A stretch of 64,000 bases of DNA, taken from Epithemia pelagica. Lineage: Eukaryota > Protista > Bacillariophyta. The notes under the pieces are model-generated. The model was not told the origin of the DNA and did no database searches. It worked only from the letters and a program-made list of their open reading frames with translations. Within the stretch, counting starts at the first letter, position 1; each line of letters begins with the position of its first letter. The stretch is from contig OX337241.1 of NCBI GenBank assembly GCA_946965045.2, forward strand, positions 248,001 to 312,000, written 5' to 3'. Position numbers and translations under genes: made by a program. Shown here piece by piece: positions 32,922 to 45,218 of the stretch.

Positions 32922-34031
32922 ATGTCTGCCGGTCATCGTGAATTCGTCTTGCCTCCCGGTGAGGGTCAAAAGGTTTGTGTGGGTGGCGGAGCCGGGTTTA
33001 TTGGGAGTCACATTGCGCGTCGTCTCAAGGAGGCTGGGTATTATGTGATTGTGGTGGATTGGAAACGCAACGAGTTCATGGCCAATGACGAATTTTGCAA
33101 CGAGTTCATTTTGGACGATTTGCGCAAACTCGAAGTGGCCTGTCAAGCCTGTGTGGGATGTACGCAAGTGTACAATTTGGCAGCCGATATGGGCGGCATG
33201 GGCTTTATTGTCAGTAACGAATCCGTCTTGGCCTTTAACAATACGGCCATTTCCATGAACATGTTGGAAGCCGCGCGACGAAACAATGTCAAGGATTTCT
33301 TTTATTCCAGTTCGGCCTGTGTCTACAACGAAGCCAAGCAAGAAGATCCGGAAAATCCCGGCTTGATCGAAGCCGATGCCTGGCCGGCTCGTCCTCAAGA
33401 CATGTACGGGTTGGAAAAGTTGTACGCCGAAGAAATGGCCTTGGCCTACGGTCGCGACTTTGATCTCAAGGTGCGGATTGCCCGGTTCCACAACATTTAC
33501 GGTCCGCGGGGAACCTGGAAGGGCGGTCGGGAAAAGGCTCCCGCCGCCTTTTGTCGCAAGGCCATTACCAGTACCGAGCATTTTGAAATGTGGGGCGATG
33601 GCAAACAAACCCGGTCCTTTACCTTTATTGACGACTGTGTGGAAGGTGTCTTGCGTCTCATGTTTTCCGATTGCAATGTCCCCATCAACTTGGGATCGAC
33701 GGAAATGGTGGATATGATTGAATTTGCCAAGATCGCCCTGAGTTTTGAAAACAAACAGTTGCCCATTAAGCATATTGATGGACCCATGGGCGTCCGAGGC
33801 CGGAACTCGAACAACAAGTTGATTTTGGAAAAGTTGGGCTGGGAACCGACCATGAAGATTGCCGATGGCTTGCGCAAAACGTACTTTTGGATCAAGGAAC
33901 AAATTGACAAGGAGGGAGGTGCCGAGGCGGCAGCCAAGTATGCCACTTCCGAAATTGTCCAACAAGTGGATGATTCGCTCATGCAATTGGGCAAGGACAA
34001 GTCGACCGCCATTGATGGCAGTGCCAAATAA
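32922..34031 (+). CDS. GME: GDP-mannose 3,5-epimerase (369 aa)
   Basis: GGAGFIGSH, NLAADMGGMGFI, YSSSACVY, YGLEK, RFHNIYGP.GTWKGGREKAPAAFCRK, WGDGKQTRSFTFIDDCVEG and GPMGVRGRNSNN. Confidence 0.96.
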   Translation: MSAGHREFVLPPGEGQKVCVGGGAGFIGSHIARRLKEAGYYVIVVDWKRNEFMANDEFCNEFILDDLRKLEVACQACVGCTQVYNLAADMGGMGFIVSNESVLAFNNTAISMNMLEAARRNNVKDFFYSSSACVYNEAKQEDPENPGLIEADAWPARPQDMYGLEKLYAEEMALAYGRDFDLKVRIARFHNIYGPRGTWKGGREKAPAAFCRKAITSTEHFEMWGDGKQTRSFTFIDDCVEGVLRLMFSDCNVPINLGSTEMVDMIEFAKIALSFENKQLPIKHIDGPMGVRGRNSNNKLILEKLGWEPTMKIADGLRKTYFWIKEQIDKEGGAEAAAKYATSEIVQQVDDSLMQLGKDKSTAIDGSAK

Positions 34032-34993
34032 GAAGAACGAAGCAGGTTGGTGTTTGCGGGTACAGGAGAACCCGAACCGTATTCGACGAGCGTGTTAGGC
34101 TCCATGTGTTTATGAGTATAAGAAAAAAATTAATGGAAACCATGTTCAAAGTGTGTCACAATATGGATAGCCATTCGATATACGAGTAGGAGAGGATCTG
34201 TTTTCGGTCTTTTTCGTTGTAGGAGTTGAATCCCAAGAATAATAGACAAGTTTTGTCAATGGGGATGAAGATTGGAGTCTACAACTAGGCTCCCACATCG
34301 AGATATTCTATTAGAGTAGATAGTCCAAAGTCCAAACACGTCTCATTCGTCATACCGTCCGTCCGTCACTCTCGCTTCCATGACCGCCCGACCGGCGCTG
34401 CGTTGGGACAGGCAGTCGACCAATGGAAAGCGCTAAAAAATTAGACGCAGCGTCGGCCAACAACCAAACACACCTCCTCTGCGCCTACTACATCTTTCTC
34501 CGCCTGGAACTGGAACGGCAGAGAGTTATCTTGGATGCGCGCTGTCCTTCCTGTGCCGTTTTGCAGTTCCAGAGACAACGCCATAACCTCTCTTTGCGTG
34601 TTGACCTGTGCGTCTGTGTGTGTGTCTCTCTTGCAAGGATCCAACTATTTCCTCTAGATAGATAGGACAGTTTGAGAAGAGCAGCGGGTCTTTTTTTTTT
34701 GGAAAAGCAAACGGGGACTTGGGTCATTGCACATTTCATTGTTCCGGAAGGGTTGAAATATCTCCCTCTCTGTCTATCTCTCTTGGTTCTGCTTTTGGTG
34801 ATCTTTTTTGCCATACAATCTACATTCTGCTCCAATTGTGACACTCCACACCAACGTGAAAAGGACGAAACATACCGTTGACTCTCTGTCTCTTTGGATT
34901 ATTGGAACTGTTTTCCAGTGGAAGGATTGCACTCGATTCCAATCAATTGATTGACAATTCACCCCAAACAACAACCAGAACCACAACAACATC

Positions 34994-37635
34994 ATGTCTG
35001 CTCCAGCCGTAGGTCCAGCGGGTGGTGGTGCGGGTGCACCGACCTTGCCCAATAATACGGCCAATACCAACAATAACAACAACAATGGCCCCATGGCGGC
35101 AGCCGTGGCATCCACCAACAACTCTACCAACACGGCTGGCAACACCAACAGCAACTCGACCGCTTCTTCTTCCTTTGTTCCACCACCGGGGACTCCCATT
35201 TCCATTTTACCGGCGCCCTCGATTCAATTGGCCCGGGCCTTGGAGGCCACATCCGTCCAAGAGTTGTCGACCATGTCGGCCTATGAATTGTTTCAAAAAC
35301 AAATTGAATCCGGATCGACGGAAGCTTCCTTGGATGCCATGAAACGATTGAGTGTCGTGTCCATTACCATGGGACCGGAAGGCATTCAAGGTCAATTGTT
35401 GCCCTACTTGACGGCCCTCGTGACGCAAACCACGACGCCCGGGGCCACGGCCGCGACGGCCACTGCCTTGGCGGCGGCGGCGAGTGGAACACCCAATTTG
35501 GCCCACGTACCACCGCCCTCGGACGAATGGCTGCTGTGGTTGGCGCAGGAATTGAAATTGGTGGCGCAATTTTACATGCAATCGGCCACGGCCGCCCAAT
35601 CGACCAAGTATGCTGTGGAAGATTTTTTGCCCATTTTGGAACGCTTGGCGGCCGTTGAAGAAACGGTTGTCCGGGAAGAAGCCGTCCAGGTGTTTGCCGA
35701 TATTTGTCAACGGGCCGTCCGCTTTTCCCCACCCCCCGTCGCCTCGGTGTGGATGGCTCTTATCAAACGATTGGTCAATGCCGATTGGTTCACCCCCAAA
35801 GTAAGTGCGGCCGGAATTTTGCCCCACTTGTTTGACATTGTCACCAACAAGGCCACCAATGGGGGGAGTGGCGACGCCTCGCCGACCACGGCCTCGTCGA
35901 TGCAAGCCCATCCGGCCGCCTTGGAATTGTTGGCCTTGTACAAGGAATTGTGTAGTGACGAAACGCCCATGGTTCGTCGGGCGGCGGCCCAACATTTGGG
36001 CTTGGCCTTGTGTCATTCCGGCTGGGCCTATCGTGACGATGGATTGGCCATTACCACCGTGACCAAATTGTGTCATGACGAACAAGATTCCGTCCGACGC
36101 TTGGCCGTCGTCTCCCTCGCCCATGCCTCGACGGGATATGCCCAACAATCGCCGCAATGGACCGCCCAACATTGGTTGCCCCTCTTGAAAGAAGCCTCGA
36201 CCGATTTGAGTTGGTACGTCGTGTTTGTATTAATTGTGTGCTGGTGTGTGTTTGTCTGGTGTGCGTGTTGGTAGGAGGGACATGGTTCTTGTCACTGGAT
36301 GGCACACGCATCGGTGGGGAACCAACATTATTTCTGTACATGCGCGAGTCCAGAAGTGACTTGCATGCAACATGGTCAGGATAGAGTATTATTATTTGTT
36401 CGTCTGTGTGTTTGTGGATGATTGTGATGAGCGTGGACATGGCAGAGTATGGATTGGCACTGCGGAGATGACCTATGTACTACCCACAACATGTTCTGAC
36501 TTGCTGTTTTGTTCTCCGTTTTGCGATTGTGTTGTGATTGTGATTATTATTATCCTGTGCAAATTCATGTGAATGTCGGATCTCCTATGGTAGGCGCGTC
36601 CGTCACAATTTGGCCAAACATTTTTCCGACGTGGCCACCAACATTGGTGTGAACAAGGATCGTCGTTTGACCAGTGAACAAGCCTTGGTCATGGCTTGCT
36701 TTGTCACATTATTGACGGATGTCGAAGCCGAAGTACGGGCCGCGGCGGTCGGACATTTGGCCCGCATGGTCGCCTGGGGTGGCCAGCCTCTCTTTGTCAC
36801 TCATTTGCAACCCCTTCTCCCCGCCTTGGCCGATGATGTCGTCATGGAAGTCCGGTCCAAATGTGCCTTGGCACTCATGGATGCCGCTCATGGTGGAACT
36901 CTGGAAGATGCACTCATTCTACAAGCCTTTGGTCCCCTACTAGAAGCCTTTTTGCAAGACGAATTTCACGAAGTACAATTGCAAGTCTTGACGAATCTAC
37001 ACAAGATTGCGCACTTGTTACAAGGATTGACCGGTGTCGTTTCCACCTTGATGCAAATGTCCAAAGCCACCAATTGGCGAGTTCGTCAAGCTGTCGCACA
37101 ATTGTTACCCCATTTGGCCGAAGCTCGGGGATTGGAATTCTTTTCCCAAGTTCTGTTGGAACCGGCCTGGTTGACCCTCTTGTTGGATCCCGTTTCGTCC
37201 GTCCGACAGGCCATTGTCCAGGGCATGCCCTTGTTGGTCAAGGTGGCCGGTGACGATTGGATTTTGCAAAATTTGTTGCCCCACCATGTCAAGATTTATC
37301 AACAATCGTCGTCGTCGTATTTGATGCGGATTACCATGTTGCACAGTTTTATTCTGGCCGCGACGGCGGCGCGAGGGCCGCTCTTGCCCGAAGTGGTGAA
37401 TTTGGTCTGTACCAAGGGTTTGACGCAAGACAAGGTGGCCAATGTTCGAATGGTGGCCGCCAAGGGATTGTTGCAAATTGCCCAAGCCTTGCAATCGGGC
37501 CAGGCCCTGGATACCTCCAATGCCGTCTTGTCGGCACAAATTCGACCAACCTTGCAACAAAAATTGGCATCGGGGGAAGACGATGTCGATGTACGACAGA
37601 CCTGTCAAGTGGCCTTGGATTTTATGAGTGGTTAA
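34994..37635 (+). CDS. PPP2R1A: Protein phosphatase 2A scaffold subunit A (HEAT repeats); intron 36214-36593, about 753 aa
   Basis: LAAVEETVVREEAV, DWFTPKVSA, CSDETPMVRRAAA, DEQDSVR, DLSW|RVR (spliced TG|G), DVEAEVRAAA, NWRVR, DPVSSVRQA, DKVANVR and DDVDVR. Confidence 0.93.
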
Positions 37636-38053
37636 GTACTGAATTACAATCCATCCTCCAGCAACACGACAACAACAACAACGAACGTTCGGTCCAATCT
37701 ACCACCGCAACAAGAACCACTGCGAAACGAGTAACGTCCAAGCGTCAGTGACGCGACGACGTTTGTACTACCACACACACATTCACTTTATCACACCTCA
37801 TCTATACACTCACTCACACATAAAATATTTCACGCACACACACTCAAATAATACGACTCTAGCAGCAGCCAATCACACACACACACACACATGTGTCCTC
37901 TCTGTCTCTTTCTTATCTTTCAATGACAGGATGCTTCCCAACGCACATCCGAAAGCCAACTAGCTAGATAGAGAGAGAGGCAGTGCCCTCGATTCGGCCA
38001 ACGGTTTGCCAATTTTTGCACGTTCGATGAACCCACCCGAAATAGAGGTAATT

Positions 38054-38933
38054 CTAACCACTGGTGGCCCACATTCGCAGAGCATTCTCATAATTCCACA
38101 GGAGACACTTTTCCAGAATCTCAGCTGCTTCAACCGAGTACAAATCAGTTGGGGAGTTCGACCAACACAAGCTGAGATCAGACACACCGGGAATACCCAT
38201 GACGAGCGATAACACCCCATTGTCGGTCTCTTCTGTTACAAGTTTTAAACGTCTTCCAGTTGGATAGTGCAAAGCCACGTCGGCACCAGAGATGGTCCAC
38301 CTTCTGCATCTTGTCTGTCAAGAGCAGCGTTACTCCCCAGTCTAGAAAGCAAACCTTCACCAATATCGTTGACATTCAGGATCAACTGCAAAGGTATCTT
38401 GTAGCACACTTGACCGGCCACGTAGTTGTTTGATAGCCGTTTGGCGGCCGCAAAGGTCTGATGGCAAATGTTTGCTGTGTTTTCCGACGCTTTCCTCTTC
38501 CCCTCGCTGTTCCAGCGAAATTGATGTGGACATCTCTACTCAAAGCCAAACGATTATACTCCTGTTTGTCCAACCATTCGTAAATGCCTTTACACTTCGA
38601 GCTTGGGAAGATGTGTGCAGACTCAGGGTCCGCCAATACAAACGAAAGATCATTTTCGAATCGTTGAAAAACAGATGTGGGATCTCGCCTCGAGAGCAAG
38701 GTGACATCCACGGTAATGTCATCGTTTGTACAAACGTCGATCAACATATCAACAACAGGCGATCCCAGTTGTGCCTCGTCATTTTGCGCGACGTAATGTG
38801 TCTCTAATATATAGAAGTTCGTGTCAATGGGATAGCTGGGGACCATTATCGCAGTCAATTCGTTCACCACACTTCCCTCATTATTTGTAAGGACAAGTTG
38901 CCCCTTTTCTCCACTTTTGTCACACAGAACCAC
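38054..38933 (-). pseudogene. HNH endonuclease (HNH_2/Crinkler-type) fragment, 5'-truncated and frameshifted
   Basis: ESAHIFPSSKC...NRLALSRDVHINFAG matches the AHI.P...N.L.L...H..FD HNH_2 pattern. Coding-like sequence continues in two other frames (VCYKIPLQLILNV; EILEKCLLWNYENAL). No ATG start. Confidence 0.6.
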
Positions 38934-38950
38934 AACTAGTAGTCATACCT

Positions 38951-40048
38951 TTAACATCCATCGAAACAAGACGTTAGAAAGTCCCGAACGGATTCCGTTT
39001 TGACCCCCTGTATTGAGCCGAGTATTTCTTCTGTTGACATTGGCTTGACGGGTGATTCTATTTCTCCGCACATTTCCAGCAAAGTCTTGGCCAGCAACAA
39101 GTAATCAGTCTTTTTCTCAGCCAAAGGAGGTAAGTCTGAGGGGTAGTAGTTGCGTGTGCATTCTATGATTTCTTGTCCGATTGGCTTGGCTGCACCGTAG
39201 TCACCAAGGTAGCAATTTCCTTCTAGTAAGAAGACACTGGACGGCTTGAGATCCAAGTGGCAATAGCCATTCTTGTGCATGTGCTGAATGGCGCGCTTCA
39301 GCTGGTTGCCGAATTTCAACAGAACTGTTTCTGTCAGTGGAATTTTGCATTGAGCGAGTGTGATTTGGAAATGTTTCATCAGGATCCCTGACCGCGATCG
39401 AGCATACGGGACAGAGAGGTCGCCATTTTCATCTGTTATCTCAATCGTAGCGCTTTCGAAGTGTACGTGTTCGATGACAACAAGATTGTTTTTTTCGGCG
39501 TCCTCCATGATTTTTTCCATCACGCTTATCTCGTGGTCGATACTTTTGGGTGTAGATACCTTGAGTATCATCGGATACCCATCTCGGAACGCATGCAACA
39601 AGACAGCCTTGGAATCTGATACACGGAAAGGTTGAGCCACTGATATGCCTTGTTCACGGAGGACAATTTCTGTCGCTGATCGTGGGATTATCGACGCGGT
39701 GTAATAGAGATCGGCAGCAGCCACTGGTTCCACTATAAGGGGAATAGACGCCGCATAGTGCTTGATAATTTGCATCATAATCGGCTGAATAGGAGTGATT
39801 CCTTGCGCCAGCAATAAAGAACGAAAACGCTCTATCCCTTCACCTTGCCGCTGCTGCTGCTGTTGACCATGAAGCTGATCAATGGGTGGACCCAGCGTGT
39901 ACGTGCCGTTATGAACGAGGCAATTGTAGCTTTCCCGTACACCATCTTTCATTAAGCCCTTCACGCCTTCAGTCTTCAATAATTCGAGGTAGTCTTCTCG
40001 GTCGCTAATTTCCACGGCTCCAACGCTTTCAACATTGATCGTGATCAT
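38951..40048 (-). CDS. Divergent Ser/Thr protein kinase, copy 1 (365 aa from ATG 40048); catalytic-loop Asn replaced by Ser
   Basis: MILKV...HE (subdomains II-III), GYCHLDLKPSSVF, LGDYGAA, TDYLLLAKTL. Copy 2 has KPSN at the same site. Confidence 0.85.
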   Translation of the reverse strand: MITINVESVGAVEISDREDYLELLKTEGVKGLMKDGVRESYNCLVHNGTYTLGPPIDQLHGQQQQQRQGEGIERFRSLLLAQGITPIQPIMMQIIKHYAASIPLIVEPVAAADLYYTASIIPRSATEIVLREQGISVAQPFRVSDSKAVLLHAFRDGYPMILKVSTPKSIDHEISVMEKIMEDAEKNNLVVIEHVHFESATIEITDENGDLSVPYARSRSGILMKHFQITLAQCKIPLTETVLLKFGNQLKRAIQHMHKNGYCHLDLKPSSVFLLEGNCYLGDYGAAKPIGQEIIECTRNYYPSDLPPLAEKKTDYLLLAKTLLEMCGEIESPVKPMSTEEILGSIQGVKTESVRDFLTSCFDGC

Positions 40049-40049
40049 A

Positions 40050-40148
40050 GTTGTGGGTTGCTGTTGTGGGTTGTTGTTGTTGTGGGTTGTTGTTGTTGTG
40101 GGTTGCTGTTGTGGGTTGTTGTTGTTGTGGAGGTTGTTGTTGTTGTTG
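40050..40148. repeat. Compound (GTT)n/GTGG microsatellite upstream of kinase copy 1
   Basis: Repeated ttgtgggttgctgttgtgggttgttgttg blocks. Confidence 0.8.
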
Positions 40149-40209
40149 ATGCAAACGGTCACGCTTTCATGAGTACTGTACTACGCTGTTCATGGGGAAT
40201 GGGGATGCA

Positions 40210-42484
40210 AATTTGCCCGAATGAGACAGAGGATCCCTGATCCATCCACCAGCACCAGGGGATTCTTGAAGGAAAACCCTGACGAGCCATTTCAAGTTGT
40301 TGTTTTTTGTTGAAGAGGTAGTTCCCCTCGTTGAGTATTAGATCCTTGTTCGCCAAACGAATAGGTGTGGCTGGCGGTTGGCGGTTAGCGAAACTTCTTT
40401 TTCGCGAAAGGCGCGCCTGTCGCCCCACCCGTCTGCCCATCGATCGTCGTGACGGAAAAGGCGATGATCCGAGAACATCTCCAGACGCATTGCCAATCAC
40501 CGCAGAAGCATCCTAAATCCTATTATGAAAGCTTTTGTGTCTGTGTCGGTAGGTGGATGATAATGATACTACTAGGATATAACATCATCTTCCATTCGAT
40601 CCATCCATCCACAATAGCATCATCATCATCATCAAGACAAAACACAAGATGACACAGAGCCAACACAGAAAAAGACTGAATGAAGCACGCCATTCTTCGG
40701 TCCGCGCAACGCATGGATTCGTCCGACAACGATCAAGGAGGGAGGACGACTACTGTGGTCGACGAAAACAAAATCAGGATCCCTATCATTACTCTTGTCG
40801 TGGGACCCATCCGCTGCATCATGACGACGGCCATGACAGGCAAGGGTGGTCGTCGTTGTCAGCAGACAAGAATCGTTGGATCCAGTGGCTGTTGCGAACT
40901 GCAACAAGAATTCGTTCTACACAACGACCGTTGCTGCAACGACAACCACCATCCAAGGATGAGAATTTCCATGACCAAAACGCTGTGTTCCAGACGTTGG
41001 CTGGTCCGCAACGGATGCGGCGGCGGTCTTGGAATTGGCACGGCATGTTTGTCACTCTAGTATTCTCCCTGGTGGTGGTGGTAGTCCATGGTTGGACGCC
41101 TACAATACGAATATCTCCTGGGAGAAGGACTCGAAGGATACAATGGATGTATTCCAGTGCCACTCCACGAGACGTTCTACCTCCAAACGACAATGACAAT
41201 GAGGTCTCACCCTCCACTGTCGTCGAGTCCTTTTCCTATGATTCGACTACCAATGCTTTGGATCGATATTATCATGCCGATATGGAACGCATTTTGAACA
41301 CCAAACGTACCATGTGGGAGCAACAGTTGCACGACACGAGACGGTCGCAAGACGACGACGACAATGATGATGACGACGACAAGTATGCACCCTTTGCTCC
41401 TTGGTTTGCTCGACACAAGTCGTCTCCTCGCCGAGCACCAGGCGACGGCAGAAACAGTCACATCCATAACGAGGATCGAACCCCACTATTGGACGACCAT
41501 ACCTTGAACGTTTTGGCCTGGATCCGACAATTGAATCGCAAACAACGACCACCTATTGTCACGCATGATTTTGATGGAGCCCAACGCGTCCATGAAATGT
41601 TGTTGGAATGGCAACAACGACAATTGCCAAACGAATGGCATGCGCTACAACAACAACAGCAACAGCAATGGTCGAGTGGCATGAAATCCTATGAAATTGT
41701 CATGCAAGCCTATTTGCAACGAGGACGATTGCGATGGTTGGGAACCGATCCTCACGATGATGTCTATCCGACCACTCCGAGTTTGGACGAGACGATTCAG
41801 GTCTTGTTTGATCCAGAGTTTTTGGTGGAAGACGACAAGACAAGAGAAGAAACTACCATGAATCTCCGCAAAGTGATTTGTGCCGCCGATGTGCTGCAGG
41901 ATTTGTATCACCAATGGCAATGGAATCATCCATCCCAGTCACGGCAGTATATTCGCAATCGCGAAACCACTGGAGTAATTGTAGACTCGGAACCCGGTTC
42001 GAATGCTACTACTAGTAGTAGTAGCAGCACGAGTGGTGTCCCGGAACCTCCCATGCCCAACAACGCGGTTCCCCTATTGTGGAATCCAGTGTCAGCCTGT
42101 TGGTTGGCCGGTCAGGCCGTCCGTGCCACTCAACGAGGCGGCCGGGAACGGAATTATGCCGAATGGGCCCTCGACTTTGTCCATGCCTTGCGAAACCATA
42201 CTCTTGCCACCAACAACAACGCCAAGATGCCGGTGGAAGCCTTGCTCCATGGGATTCATGCGGCTGCCTGGCATCAAGACATTTCGCATCCGACCACCGA
42301 TTCCACTCCGTCCATCCCAACCAGTACTACTACTTCCAGTGCGGAGGAGGAGAAGGAGGAGGAACGGACGGTCCATTATCTACAACCAGAGGAGGAAGGT
42401 GGGGTATTCTCCAAGAAGGAAACGAACGACAAGTACCATTGGGTCCATGCCATGTGGAATGAGCTGATTGCTCTGCTTCATCCC
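40210..42484. repeat. Segmental duplication (~2.3 kb) of 54116-56411: intergenic region plus 5' part of the PPR gene
   Basis: Near-identical sequence from aatttgcccgaatgag to gagctgatt(g/a)ctctgcttca in both copies. Confidence 0.97.
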
Positions 42485-42559
42485 GATGATATGATCACGA
42501 AGAATGAGACACTTTACTCGTACCTAATACGGTTTGGTACTCGACAATCTACTAGCTAG
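41045..42559 (+). pseudogene. 3'-truncated duplicate of the PPR gene: presequence and N-terminal region, no PPR repeats, novel 26-aa tail
   Basis: Matches ORF 54573-58394 up to about WNELIALL, then diverges into HPDDMITK...RQSTS and stops. Confidence 0.85.
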
Positions 42560-42679
42560 CTCTACTTGCTCTAGTAGAGGATAGCAAATGGTTTTTGCAC
42601 CTAGCTAGAGGAGGTACACAGTTAACAGTTATGGATAGCGCGCAGCGGGTCGACTACTCGTAGACCGAAAGTTCAAAGT

Positions 42680-43148
42680 GGGCCTCTACTGTATGTCATA
42701 AACTTAATCCAATGCAAAACTTAGAAATAATTCCAAAAAGTAGAGCTTAAGTATAAGATCACGACTGCTACTGAATGTCCTAGACGCAAAATGACAAGCT
42801 GTGAATCACACGCCAGCATATTTTATACAATATGCAAGGATGAATATGTTAATTAGTTTTTCGCGCCGTATCCCCCACAGACCCCCAGACACTTCTCTAA
42901 ATAACAAAGAAGGTTGTGAAAATAATAATGTCACAGGGAAGGCATACGATTTAGAATATTCATGTCTGAATATTTATAACCATTTTGATTTCAGAATAAG
43001 TTTACGACGAAAGTTCATGAGCCGGGGCCTACCCCCGGACAAATTTCGTCTCAGATTTATCTCAAATCTAAAATGCTCAGGTTATGGGCTCAAATTTAAG
43101 AGCCGGTTGGGATTGAGATTTGGGGGTTACGACATACAGTAGAGTTCC
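42680..43148. mobile_element. Putative MITE, 469 bp, AT-rich
   Basis: 22-bp TIRs GGGCCTCTACTGTATGTCATAA / GGAACTCTACTGTATGTCGTAA (3 mismatches), flanked by AGT on both sides (42677-42679, 43149-43151). Confidence 0.6.
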
Positions 43149-43314
43149 AGTTACAAAGTTGCAAATTTAAACCTTTTAATTTTTGAATAATCTACATCGG
43201 CGAAGTCCGTTCTAAACTACTCCTACTCTAGCACCTAGTAGATGGTGGCCGTGAAGACCGCCCTTCTTCTCCAGCTAGGTACTCCTAGTCCACTGGGCAA
43301 TCTAAACCAAGTTA

Positions 43315-44113
43315 GGCTATCTCCACCCGAGTGCCGCTATGCTGACGTATTGGGGCTTTCTGATTGGCCTCGCTATCCGGATAGCGGATTAGCGGAGCCA
43401 AAGGGAAATAAACTCCACGATCTCCGTTAAAAGAACGCCGCTATCTCGCGTTGCGCATACGCATTGCGCATATGCCCTCTATTGTTTCGGTTAAAAAGGG
43501 TGCGACCGCGGAAGTTGCGGAATTCAAACAAGACAATCAACGTGAGCACAAAGCATAAACCAAAGATGGAGGACTCGTTGTTCTCCCTCTTCATTGTTGA
43601 CTGTCATGGTGAATCATGTTGTTGTTCATGGCCAATGTATATGTAGGTTGTAGGTTGCAGTCAAATCTTCCTATTCCCTGTCCGATTTCCGACTGAATGT
43701 CTGATAATTGATAATCGAACTCATCAATAGTTTGAATGATGCATTTGTTTGATTGTTGCATTCCTTCCGATCCGTGATCCTCGAATCATCTTGCTGTGCA
43801 TGGTTCTTGTCCCATTGTAGGAAGTAGGGAACACAACAATGGAAAAAGAGATGGTAAGCGATCGTCACAATCAATCCGTGCCATCATTGCCATGTTTTCT
43901 ACACGAGAGATTCAAAGTTTCACTGTTGGCAGCAGACGTTAATTTATTTATGCCGACGGTTATATTTTGCTCCGCTATCCGCTATTTTTCCCGCTATTCG
44001 GGGCCCCAAATAAAGGCAAAAATAGCGGAAAGCGGAGCTGTTTAGCGGTTAGAGGAGATGGTGGAGTTCGATAGCGGTTTTTGGGCCTTTAACGGGCCCG
44101 GGTGGAGATAGCC
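43315..44113. mobile_element. PIF/Harbinger-type MITE, 799 bp
   Basis: Perfect 15-bp TIRs GGCTATCTCCACCCG, TTA TSD (43312-43314, 44114-44116), subterminal CCGCTA/TAGCGG repeats and hairpins at both ends. Confidence 0.88.
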
Positions 44114-44267
44114 TTAGGTCTATATTCATTTGGATGGTTTGGACACTTTATTCAACATTCACAAATCGTTCAATCAATTTCTCCATGATAGCGATTCTTG
44201 TCCTCATTTCAGTCCCTCCTGGTCCACCCTCTTTTGTCACACAGAACCACAACTAGTAGTCATACCT

Positions 44268-45218
44268 TTAGCATCCATCGAAACAAGACGTTAGAAAGTC
44301 CCGAACGGATTCCGTTTTGACCCCCTGTATTGAGCCGAGTATTTCTTCTGTTGACATTGGCTTGACGGGTGATTCTATTTCTCCGTACATTTCCAGCAAA
44401 GTCTTGGCCAGCAACAAGTAATCAGTCTTTTTCTCAGCCAAAGGAGGTAAGTCTGAGGGGTAGTAGTTGCGTGTGCATTCTATGATTTCTTGTCCGATTG
44501 GCTGGGCTGCACCGTAGTCACCAAGGTAGCAATTTCCTTCTAGTAAGAAGACATTGGACGGTTTGAGATCCAAGTGGCAATAGCCATTCTTATGCATGTG
44601 CTGAATGGCGCGCTTCAGCTGGTTGCCGTATTTCAACAGAACTGTTTCTGTCAGTGGGATTTTGCATTGAGCGAGTGTGATTTGGAAATGTTTCATCAGG
44701 ATCCCTGACCGCAATCGAGCATACGGGACAGAGAGCTCGCCATTTTCATCTGTTATCTCAATCGTAGCGCTTTCGAAGTGTACGTGTTCGATGACAACAA
44801 GATTGTTTTTTTCGGCGTCCTCCATGATTTTTTCCCATCACACTTATCTCGTGGTCGATACTTTTGGGTGTAGATACCTTGAGTATCATCGGATAGGCAT
44901 CTCGCATTGCATGCAACAAGACAGCCTTGGACGGATCTGATGCACGGTAAGGTTGAGCAACTGATATGCCTTGATCACGGAGGACAATTTCTGTCGCTGA
45001 TCGTGGGATTATCGACGCGGTGTAGTAGAGATCGGCAGCAGCCACTGGTTTCACTATAAGGGGAATAGACGCCGCATAGTGCTTGATTAATTGCATCATA
45101 ATCGGCTCACTAGGAGTGATTCCTTGTGCCAGCAATAAAGAACGAAAACGCTCTATCCCTTCACCTTGCCGCTGCTGCTGCTGTTGACCATGAAGCTGAT
45201 CAATGGGTGGACCCAGCG
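44268..45218 (-). pseudogene. Protein kinase copy 2 (duplicate of 38915-39898), 5'-truncated with a +1 frameshift near 44835
   Basis: Near-identical to copy 1. tttttt-CCC-atca here versus tttttt-CC-atca in copy 1. Homology ends at cccagcgt (about 45218). Retains HLDLKPSN. Confidence 0.85.

Noticed and set aside
32910-33986. 358-aa minus-strand ORF
   Set aside because: Antisense shadow of GME.
15589-37608. Other long antisense or alternative-frame ORFs over real genes (e.g. 15589-16419, 20934-21842, 27650-28342, 35207-36172, 37105-37608)
   Set aside because: They overlap well-supported genes and carry no motifs of their own.
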